Positions 11,061 to 21,523 of a stretch of DNA of 64,000 nt are shown here, in pieces (position 1 is the first letter of the stretch; every line of letters begins with the position of its first letter). Source of the stretch: Macrostomum lignano (taxonomy: Eukaryota); the NCBI GenBank assembly GCA_002269645.1, contig NIVC01000893.1, positions 1 to 64,000 on the forward strand. Reading direction: 5' to 3'. A program made the translations under genes and the position numbers. The notes under the pieces were generated by a model. It did no database searches. It saw only the letters and a program-made list of their open reading frames with translations, and was not told where the DNA came from.

Positions 11061-11414
11061 AGAGATTCCCGGTCATGAGTTTTGAAATCAAGCTTCTTTG
11101 ATGAGCTGAGTATACATCTTGTAAGGGATGCAATTTCAGCTAGAGAACTCAATGGTTGAGAAGAAAAATGTTTGCCAATGCCTCAAAGATTGCACATTTT
11201 ATCCAATTCCTACTAGGATCTGGAAATCTATGAAAAAAATTGAAAAAAAGCTATATTTCTTGACGAATGTGTTCCGCGGTCCTGACTTAGTCCGAGACAA
11301 AGCAGGGCGTTACTTTATAAAATTTCAGTTTAGTAAAAGTCTGATTGCTTGTAGAGCATGGTAGAAATTTTTTACCTCGACTGGGTAAAGAATGCAGGTC
11401 ATGGCTGAGGCCCG

Positions 11415-11757
11415 GATAGGAGAGGAAAGGAGAGGAAAGATAGAAGAGAGAAAAGTTAAGAGAAGAGAGAAGGGGAGAGAAGATAAAAGAGAAAAAAGGA
11501 GAGAGAAGAAAGAAGGGATAGAAGAGAGAAGAAGGGAGAGAGGAGAGGGAAGAGAAGAGGGGTGAGAAGAGAGGGGAGAGAAGAGAGGAGAGAAGAGCGA
11601 AAGGAGAGAGGGGGAGAGAAAAGAAGGGAGAGAAGAGGGGAGAGAGGAGAGGAGAGAGAAGAGGGGAGAGAGGAGAGGGGACAGAAAAAGGGTGAGAGGA
11701 GAAGGGGGAGAAGGGAGAGAAGAGAGGGGAGAGAAGAGGGGGAGAGGCGAGGAAAGA

Positions 11758-11789
<32 letters not shown>

Positions 11790-11870
11790 GGAGAGAGGCG
11801 AGGAAAGAGGAGAGGGGAGAGAAGAGGGAAGAGTAGAGAAGGAAGAGAGGAGCGAATATAGAAGGGAACT
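11415..11870. repeat. Polypurine (GA-rich) low-complexity tract
   Basis: Almost only G and A on the + strand. Confidence 0.9.
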
Positions 11871-12262
11871 GTGTTTTTTCGACATTTAAATTGACAAGCT
11901 CGTAAATCAAATCTATGCCAATTTCAATGCATGAGCCTTTTCGTGGAAATTCAGAGGCTGTCGATAAATTGTCGACTTAAATCTGAATAAATTCCAGTGT
12001 CCCAAATGCAATTTTGCAGCAAAATTAGACTTCAGGCCGCCGTAATCTCCGATCGTCAAGTTCTCAAACCCGCAATTCGGTTTTCTCTCTCAGTCACTGA
12101 GCCTGACCACCTGCCAACGAGTGTTTCTCTCCAGGCAGTCGATGGACAGACTTGTGCCTGCGTAGAGTGTCCGTTGCCACGGCGAATGCGCTCAACAGAT
12201 CGCCACGTCTTGTAGGCGCAGCAGTTGACTGCCGAGGCTGCAGCTCTTTCGATCTGTTGCTG

Positions 12263-12527
12263 GTACGTGCAACCGACAGCTCAGCCGCAGCTATTGCGCG
12301 GCGCATCTGAAGGCTGCGTGCGGCTGTTCAGTCCAAGGACTGGGGGGTCGCCACACGCACCCTCAATTACCCCAGCTAATGCTGGCACCCATTTTACAGC
12401 TGGGTGAACTGAACTGGGCAATGCAGAGTTGAGTGTCTTCCTCAAGGACACAAATTGGTCCATTGGGATCAGGAATCGAACCTTCGACCTTCAAGTCGTG
12501 AGTCCGACGCTCTAACCACTAGGCTAC
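12263..12527 (-). mobile_element. tRNA-derived SINE with CORE/Meta-like central domain
   Basis: A box GTAGCCTAGTGGTTAGAGC, B box GGTTCGATTCC, then GTGTCCTTGAG.AAGACACT..CAGCTGTAAAATGGG; three copies in the window. Confidence 0.88.
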
Positions 12528-13670
12528 AGCAGTTGTAACAGCATTGATAATTTGTTAGAACGTTGGAACTGACAAAAAAGGCTGTTGCATACCGACTCTC
12601 AAACCCATAAAGACTGTAACGTTCATGTTCAATCGCAAAGGCTAAAGACCAAAGCCGAGACCAAGTATTTATTCATAACTAGAATCTTGAGATCCAGAGC
12701 CTTGACATAGAACTTTGAGCCAGTAAACTTAAGACACTGAACTACACTGTAAACGTATTGTTGTCCCCGGAGAACAGTTCTCGTGGTCATAGTCCTCAAA
12801 TGAAGCATTTTGATGAATTTTAGCAAAGATAATAGAGAAGAGTGAACTGCGATGACTCAACAGTACTTTTTGGTTAATCCCAGATCGATGTATAGTTCAT
12901 AAATATATATTTAAACAAAAGTTTTAAAATCAGTCTATTTTTAGGCTTTCTATATATGTCAGGCAGAACCAAGCAGAAAGCCAGAAGAAACTGCTGAAGA
13001 ATTGGTTCCATAATTGTAACTACAGACAGCTAAATATAGACTGAAGTTCAGCTTACCCTTGTCTGATAGGTCAGTTGGCGATGAAGAACTAGTAGTATTT
13101 TTAGCGACGGATTGGCTAGCCAAGAGACAGAATGCTACCTGGAGTGCATCGACTGCGAGAACCGGCGCACTAATCAAGGAAATTTCGATCTCTTGCAATT
13201 CTGCTGAATTGTTGCAGTCACTGCATTTTCCTCTATCAGGCACCAAATACATGTACTGCGACATTGTCAGTTGTTGAATATTTGCTTGCGGAACTTATAG
13301 CATATAGGGTTGGGAAAATATTGGTTAACAGTCTCGGATGTAGATAGCTATTTAATCCCCGCTTTGGCCCGGCCAGCTGCCTATCTCCTCTGTGTATTTT
13401 CATTTCTTGGACTCCAAGAAATAATTGTCTATGGCTAAAAACACTCTTTCAAATGAGTTGAGACTCCCATCAGGCGTTTCTTGGAGGCCAAGAAATAATT
13501 GTCTATGGTAGAAACACAAAGATGCTGTTATAATTTTGAAACAAGACCGGTTTCACAAAACTGAATAGCAACAAATGGGGATCGAAAGTGAAAAATCTAA
13601 CAACGAACAGTTATAAGCAGTCTTGTATCAGAGAGCGTCAGAGGGAGTCAGCGAAGAAGGGAGGATGAAA

Positions 13671-15030
13671 CTAATCAAAGTGGAACACCACTCTGTTCCT
13701 GTCTCCAAAAGCCTCTATGCGCATTTTCTTCGTAGGAGCCTGCACCTCCAGAGGAGGCAAGGGCACTTGCACCTGCGCCGCAGTCACCCGAGACTCACTC
13801 ACCGGTTGGCCGGTTGAGGAACCACTCAACAGTGCACTCGTGCGTTTCTCCATGGTCACCGAGGTACCGATGTACTTCTCCACTGCACTGGAGCTGTGGC
13901 CAGTCACACGGCAGATATCCGCCCGTTCCAACCAGCCTCGCGGAGGCGGGTTGTGCAACTCTTACGGAGACTCTGATTCGAGTAGCGTCCAGTGTCAGAG
14001 GGAGCAACCACGGCCACGGCGTCCTTGACGACGGTTGCCAATGAATGACGTCCAATCGGTGCCCTTGTCAACCAGGCAGATCCAGGCTGGCCATTCCAGT
14101 TTCGATTCCATCCCAGAAACAGCGCCTCGTTGCACTCATTAGGACGCACAGAGACGTACTGCTTGTAGACCCACAATGCATTTTTGGTGATTCTCAGTGT
14201 GGAAAGTACGAACGACTTTGGGGTCCCTTCGTAGTCCTTGTAAGCCGCCCTGATGAGTTTTGGTCACGGCATTGTCCACATACTTCAGACACTCTTCATC
14301 GTCAACTGTCTCAAGCTTGATTTGGCGATCGAACAGCAGATCTCGTAACTCCTGGCCACCACGCAATGCAAAATGTTTGCCAACGAGCCAAACAAGCGTG
14401 ATCACCAGCATCTTGGGTTCCTTCACTCCAAGCACACCTTCGATCCAAAGCTTCTCTTCAATAGACTCGGGGATCACATCTGCCTTCCGCAATCCTGCAC
14501 CCTTTCCAGCCTTGGTCGAGATTTTCATGGCGGCATCTAGAGCACGTTTACTGTCGGCGAACTCTTTGTCAAGCCAGAAGCTCCAATTCTTCTTAAACGT
14601 GTTTTGCCAGTGATACTGTAGCATTGAATACAGATCCTTCAGCGTCGGCGCAGAGTAGCGCTCACCATCTTTGTTCCGGGCCTCCATAACAAAAAAATTC
14701 AGCAGGTAATTCAGGTCAGCGAGAACCATAAGTGACGGGCCTTCACCCATTTGCCCAGGCACGCTTCTTCTCGTCATGCCACTCGCGGAAGACGGAAAAG
14801 GCCCACTGCGCCTTTTTCTTGGTGGTCTTCGGCACGGTCTCTTCAATGTGTCTGGCAATTTCATTCTCCGAAAGTTGCTCAAACCGGCCAGTGAGAGCGG
14901 CTTCAATAGGTCCAGCGTTATCCCCGGGCTTCAGGATGAAATACAGTAGGTCCGGCGAAATCTCCATATGCGGGGCTTCAACAACGACAGCAGCAGAGAT
15001 GTCACCCATGTTCGGTACCAAGCTACACAC
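13671..15030 (-). pseudogene. Crypton-type tyrosine recombinase (DUF3504/ZMYM-like), frameshifted
   Basis: VPKTTKKKAQWAFSVFREW, FFVMEARNKDGERY, HFALRGGQE, KTHQGGL, PIGRHSL, YSNQSLRKS and TGHSSSAVEKY spread over four frames (breaks near 14745, 14170, 13930). Confidence 0.88.
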
Positions 15031-16471
15031 AACTGAAGCTTTTCTGATCTTATTCTGGCCTAGGAACGGCTAAGGACGAAGCCGAGGCCTAGAAGCTTCG
15101 CCTCGGCCTAGAAGCGCAGTCCAAAGTCGTTCTAGACCATAGACAACGAAATCAAGTGAGGATTATCTTATAATTAATTTTGTCTGTGGCGTAGAAAGGA
15201 AGCAACCGCGGATTCTCTGCGAGAAATCCATGCAGCTATAAATAACACACATGACGTAACTTTTTGAAGCTGCAGGCATGCAGCTGGTAAATCGCTAAAA
15301 TGATCAAACTTTCTACATGACTTTACACAGGCATTAAATGTTGGGCCAACAATAAATTCTTTAACATTAAAGAAGCCGCCTTTACTAATCCGACGTCCGC
15401 CGACGTTACTATCGACGTGCCACGACGAATGGCGACGTTCGCTATGCAAACGCTGGTGTATGCAAAAGTACGTGTATCCATTTGTCAGCGATGTCGATAG
15501 GCCAACTGCATATCGTCGACGTACTGGCATGGTATTTGTTTTGTAAATTTTGAGAATTCGTCTCAAGGTCACGTCTCCGCCCTCGTCTCACAATATAGGA
15601 CAACAAAGAAATATAATTTTTTTTTCTAAAAAACGATTTTTTCTTAGAAAAGGTTACGTAATCCCGCCATACTAGTATTCGATCTTTTTACCTCAGTCCC
15701 TATATTTTGTGTATATGTATTTGTGACGTGTTGGTTCGACGCGCGCTAGATTTACTGTTCGCCGTACGAGGTTTGTTGTGCTATATGTACGCTCGCATGT
15801 ATTTTGCGTAATTGGCTGCTTTCCGTTTGGCGTTTCTCTTAATTTGTATTTTATTGTGAGTGTGTGTACCGTGTTTGCAGTCCCTTGACACGGTGTGCCG
15901 ATCGATTAAATGTAGAACATATGTACAGTACGTCTCTCCTAGTGCACCCAAAGCTGGTCCCATAGTCTGGCCTCTCCCAGGCCCCGATCGTCGGTTCCTG
16001 TCTTGGTCCCTCGATCCCGCTGTACTTAGCCATGTTTACAATGTAAATATTGAAAGAGCCATGCACGAAAAATTCAAAGTTAAAGTACTGCGTATCCAAG
16101 ACCATCTTTGATCCGAGCCAGCGATATTATTAAATACTCAAGGCTCCTCGGCCGCGCGTTCCCTGGATTCCTGCTATATAATTTCTGCAAGCCAATTTTA
16201 CGCCAGAAACAAGTTAAGTAAACGTGATGGACAATGTTATTTTTATACTATGGCATGCACTAAATGGGAATTAAATGTATATAATCGCGGCAGTTTTTTC
16301 TTTTGCATGGTTTGCAAATAACAATTATAAAGCAGGAAAGGCAATTTTATATGCTTATTCTCGACTTCTAAAACTTCTAGAACATGTTTCTGATACATGT
16401 GCATTTCACAGACGAAGTACATGTAGATCTAGAGCTACATGTCTAGAGCTATCGCGCTCTGTCGGACACCC

Positions 16472-17320
16472 GCGTGAAGCGTCAATTCGCCGGCGCCTTC
16501 GTCGGCGCGCTTGGAGACCAGTGCGAGGTGGAGTATTCCGACATCAGCACCGCCGTTAGAGCCGCTGTGGAGCAGACGGTCTCGCTGATGCGGCCAGCGC
16601 AGAAATTGCTGTCCGTCTGGCAGATCGACCCGACCATCAGGCAGGCGCGGCTCAACACCGAGCGACTCCGCAGAAACCGGTGGCCCACGGGCGACGCTGA
16701 AGACGCGTTTGGGCGCCTTCTAGATGAGCGGCAGCAGGCCGCTGTCGACGACGCCGTCTGGTCTACCACTGCAGCCAGCCCTGACGTGAAGAGCCCGGCA
16801 GTGTGGACGGCCGTCCGGACTCTGAAGGGGCTGCCTGACCGCCATAGGGCTCGGCTGTGGCAGCTGGCGGTGGTCGAAACCGTCCGTTCTACAACGCCGA
16901 GACGTGGACGCTGACGGCTACGCTATAGAGCGGCAGCTGGACTCAGCGCACTCAGGGCTGCTCCGTGCGGCCTTGCGAGCTGACGAGAGCGTCGGGACCG
17001 AGGCCCTTTACGATCGGGCCAAACTGCAGCGCCCATACCATCATCCTGCGCCGGCGGCGACTTCAACTGGCGGGCCACGTGATCCGGGCCGAGGGCTACT
17101 GCCCCCAACCTGTTCAGGACGTCCAGCTCACCTTGCAGAGCTCGTTCAGGCGGGGTCAGGCCCGAACCCGTCGATACGTGGACTGCCTGCTCTGCGACGC
17201 TGGGGCGCCCGACATTCCCGACACTTTGTCCGCTCTCAGGCTCTGCGGGGCGCCATCTGACGCACCTTGCTTTGTGACTTTGCTTGCGAGGCTGCGTAAT
17301 TTGTTTTTGTTGTTGTTGTG
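16472..17320 (+). mobile_element. RTE/RTEX-like LINE fragment lacking the RT core
   Basis: Linker region ..AVWTAVRTLKG fused to AVVETV..ERQLDSAH..RRRRLQLAGHVIR..DAG; (TTG)n tail; 3' end matches the 6587-7533 copy. Confidence 0.82.
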
Positions 17321-19146
17321 ACATGTATATCCGTCGGCAAGGCATGCATGCAACAATTCAAATTAGCATGATGCCTTCGCGTGTTTTGTTAACTGTTTGC
17401 TGCTAAAGTAACATTTTTAGTTCTCTTCAGTTCTCTGCAGTTACTAATTCTCTTCTGGATATCAGGAACTACAGCAGACATGGTCCCACAATATCCGCAT
17501 CAGATTTTTTGTTTATTTCTGTTAATTGACCAACGGGAAGTTCTAAGAAAGTTTACATTTGAAAAATTAACCGCAACAAATTGACGGAACAGACGTATCA
17601 ACTCTCTTAATTAAAATTCAACCCGTTGTGAAGTTTTCATTTGGTATTTGCGCTCTTCGCTATGCATTTTGCTGACGAGTCACGTCCTAGAAGGTAGAAG
17701 CAGTCGTTAAAATGAATAAATTTTTGCTAAACGGGTTTTTATTTTTGTAAAGACTCTACCGTAACAAAAATAACAAAACGAAAAATGGAATTATCTATAT
17801 TAATAAGTAGAACTGCTATACAACAGATACTTCTTAAAGTTTACTATTTGTGAATATCGATTTGTTGCTTTTATTGTTACTTTTACACGAAATGTTATCC
17901 GCATTTGAAATTACATTTCTTTGTTCGAAAGTTAAAACTTTCGTTACCATAAATGGATAACCATTAATTTCCTATTTAAATCGTCGTTATTCGTTAAACG
18001 TAAAGTTCGTTCGAAGTATGTTCATGTTCGTTTTTCACGCTTTGAAATATCACGCGCTTTCAAAAATACTACATCTTTTAAAAAAAAAACTTTAGACGCT
18101 CTTTCAAATACCTTACTTTTACAAATATCGTAACCCGCATCGTAACTCGTGTAAAAATTAAACCTTTTGAACAAATACTAAATACATCGGATTATACTGG
18201 CAAAACAGGCTCCTTAAGCCTGAGCCAAATTTACTACTACTACTACTACTACATAAAGAGGTCTAGGCCTATCTATCTGTCTGTTGCCTCTTGCCTTGAT
18301 ACAGTTATATTTGATAATTTTTGTAGTATTTTTAATAGTAAATAGGGCCTATTAATATGTAGCAGTAGTAGGGTCTATAATTATTTGTTTTTTATCACAT
18401 CACTAAGAGCAACAGCAAGGCCAACAGCTCGGCAACAACATGGTTAGTAACTTAGTTGTATTGCTAGCCTTAGAAGCCTGTTTGAAAATTCTGGAACTTC
18501 ATATAACATAAAGTAGAACATAAGCCCAGAAATCAATAAATTTGTGTGGAGTACTAGACCAGTGTGCAAGCTGGCAGTGTTTAGTCAGTGTATGAGTAGA
18601 ATAGCAAATCAATTTGTTATTTGCTAAAAAGGTCAATTTGCTGAAAGTCAATTTGCTAAAAGAAATCTGTTTGTTTTGCCAAAAGTTTTGTGATTATAGT
18701 CTGTTGTAAAATAAACAATTGAAAAAAATCAAGTAACTAATAAAAAATTAACAAGGGCAGTGCAAGTAGGCTAAAATGTCTTGAAGGTTAAAATGTTCAA
18801 AATTTCCACATTATGTGCATTTGCATTAACTAAAGTAGTTTCAATTGAACTATAAATATGATAAGTGTATTTTAGTATTCACTAGGCCTAGCACATTAAG
18901 CCCTTATAGGGGCATTCAAATTCAAACATAGAAAGCATAGAAACCTTTTTTGGGAATATTTGACTAACTTTCAAAACAATTATTTACTGTTTAAAATTTT
19001 ATATATACTCAGCAACATTGAAAAGTTGCTACTCTATGTGCCATTGAACAATTTCTCTTGGACTATTCTGAAATAAAAGATGCAAGAAAACTGATTGGGT
19101 GGCTTTAATCTGTCTAACAAAACTTTCACACATTGTATCTTTTCTC

Positions 19147-19479
19147 TAGGGGTAGACCAAGGGGGACCAAGGGGGCCATAGCCCCCCTCCCTATTACAGC
19201 GCATGGCTTAAGTATGCCAGACGCCTACACAACCTGCGCCACGCTGTGAAATGACTTACCTGTGAAAGAAACCCTAAAGCAAAATTAACCCAAAATTGGG
19301 TAAACGGCAGGAGTAACTATGACTGTCTTATCAAGCCTAAATGCCTCGGCATCTAATTAGTACCACGCCGCGCCGTACTAATCGCCGCGCACCGTATGCG
19401 CCGCGCCGGACGCCGTCCACCAAAATGCCCATGCGCTGCAATCAGGGCCCCCCTGGCCCTCAGCTCTGGCTCTGCCAAG
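19147..19479 (+). mobile_element. hAT-like MITE (G-rich ends) carrying a 28S rRNA-like core at 19298-19361
   Basis: Ends TAGGGGTAGACCAAGGGGG..GGGGGCC / GGCCCCCCTGGCC..CTGGCTCTGCC; no clear TSD. Confidence 0.6.
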
Positions 19480-21088
19480 GGGGTATTGCTGCCATTGCTG
19501 CTGCGACAGACAAGGACTGCTTTAATCTAAGACAAGTTATGAGTAAATAACATTTAAAAATAGTAGTAAACCCTTTAAAACCCTTTATTCTTGTTAAAAA
19601 ATAACTAACTTATCCATGTGTTGTATGATATTATGGTTGTATTTTCAACTTATAATCAAGCAACTAACACTAGCCTTTAGACAATGCATATATAAGTGTG
19701 GCTCCTTATGAATACTAGTGTTTATTGCATTTATTGTCAGACTGGTGCTCCTATATATACTCCTTGAGTCTTGTAGTTGCTAGCTTTGTAGATTAGCCTA
19801 GACCATTTTAGCTTATACATTTGAAACAATTGGTCATAAAAGCAGACTTTTTTGGTATACACATAATTAAGCTAGTAATAGAGGCACTTTAACAAAATAT
19901 AATGAAAATGATAAGTATAAATAATTTTATAAACATAAACCAATTACAATGATCTAAAATTTAAAAGCTGAAATGGATCCTTAAGAAACCTTAAATAGAT
20001 CTATTTAATTCGAATTTTACTATAGCACATTTATATTAATATGATAGTACAAAGTGATTATGATTCTAAATACTTTTTAAACTTTAGGAAAATGCAAAGC
20101 AAATTTTTTAAACTCTTTTTCTTATATTATAAAAATGTATCAAATTATTTTTTAAATTTGTCAAAATTGAATAAAATATTGAAATTGAATTATTATTTTT
20201 TGTTTTTTGGGTGTCACAAAACAAAATTGCAGTTTTGGTCTAAACTAAATTGTATGACAAGTTTAATGTTAGAAGTTACATATATTTGTTAATAATTAAA
20301 GTGTATTCTTGTGATCCTATATAGCTATATGCTTAGGATGAAGTTTCGTGCATTAGACAAGCCATCATACTGTATGCATTTAAATGCACTTAATAGAGTA
20401 TCTATTTTTAGATTCTAGACCCTATAGCCAAGGTCTAAAATGCACTGGATGTCTCCTTTCCTGTGCTAAACCATGTCTGCAATAGGGATTGGCCATTTGC
20501 TGCAATAGGGATTTTAGACTAGATTCAAATAATCTAGATTCAATAGGAGATAGCTTTCCTAATTCTATGAATAAAAAATTGTTAAAATAGTAATATTGTT
20601 AAAAATGTTAATAATTTTTTTATATTATGTTATCTATCTTATAAAAAGTGAAATGCCAATTTGGTAACTAGAATATAAATTAAAGATATCAAAATGTAGT
20701 TTGATATGATAAAGCATTTTATCTAGCCAGCATGTCCTTAATATTAACTAATGCAAGCAGTCTGTCATATGCATGACAGGCCTAGTGTGGTACTGTGATG
20801 TGCCATCAGCTCAGACTTAATTCCAGTCATATTAATTTTGGGGCCAAAAAATATGTCTTGACTTAAATCTGCTTGTACAACTAATGCCCCTAAAGGCCAA
20901 CCCCAAGTCACAGTGAAGTTCACAATAAAGTTAGGGTCACTGTATACTCCCATTTGAGTGTGTGCCTATGTGAATGACTGCATATGTATCTGCGCACTTG
21001 TTTGTCTGCTCAAAGAAATCAGTGAAATGGTGCAGTAATGTCTCTTGCTGGTTGTATCACAATGTCGCTTAAAGTGCACTAGGGTGCA

Positions 21089-21387
21089 CATACATGCGCA
21101 ACAGTCGGCCGAGTCGGCCGATCCGGCCGACCGATTTGGCAGTCAATCAAGGAAGTCGCAAAAATGCCCACCCGAAAAATACCAAAGTAGTATTACTAAG
21201 GAGCTGACGAGGCATTTTGACCTAATAAGACAGTCATAGTTACTCCTGCCGTTTACCCAAAGTTGTGTTAATTTTGCTTTAGGGTTTTTATTACATGTAA
21301 GTCGCATTTTTTGGCCAAAAACTACGTCGCATTTTTGTTAAAACTAAGTCGCATGGCCGACCGAATTTTGGAGGTTGCGCATGTATG
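21089..21387 (-). mobile_element. About 298-bp MITE (TIR CATACATGCGCAAC, 8-bp TSD; P- or hAT-like) with 28S-like core
   Basis: TSD AGGGTGCA on both sides; subterminal ATGCGAC repeats; further copies at 42656 and 46534. Confidence 0.92.
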
Positions 21388-21523
21388 AGGGTGCACAAAG
21401 TCCCATGCCAATAAAGAATTTCTCTCTGTAATGTATACTTTTTATTTAATCAAGTTGAACTACCAATGAACAAAATGGTTGATTCCAGCTAAAAGAATCC
21501 CATTCAGCAAAGCAAGCTCAATC

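Noticed and set aside
11287-11910. Long Leu/Ser/Pro or Arg/Glu/Gly ORFs (also 9602-9920, 28083-28436, 61373-61825)
   Set aside because: Artefacts of GA/CT low-complexity tracts.
12440-12527. tRNA gene calls for the SINE heads (also 30272 and 51931)
   Set aside because: No acceptor stem closure; each continues into a shared SINE body.
19252-19264. U1 snRNA 5' end-like ACTTACCTG
   Set aside because: Only 9 nt; the other copies read ACTTACATG and there is no U1 structure.
19298-19361. rRNA gene call for the 28S-like segments
   Set aside because: Only about 64 nt match, they are embedded in TIR elements, and no other rRNA sequence is adjacent.
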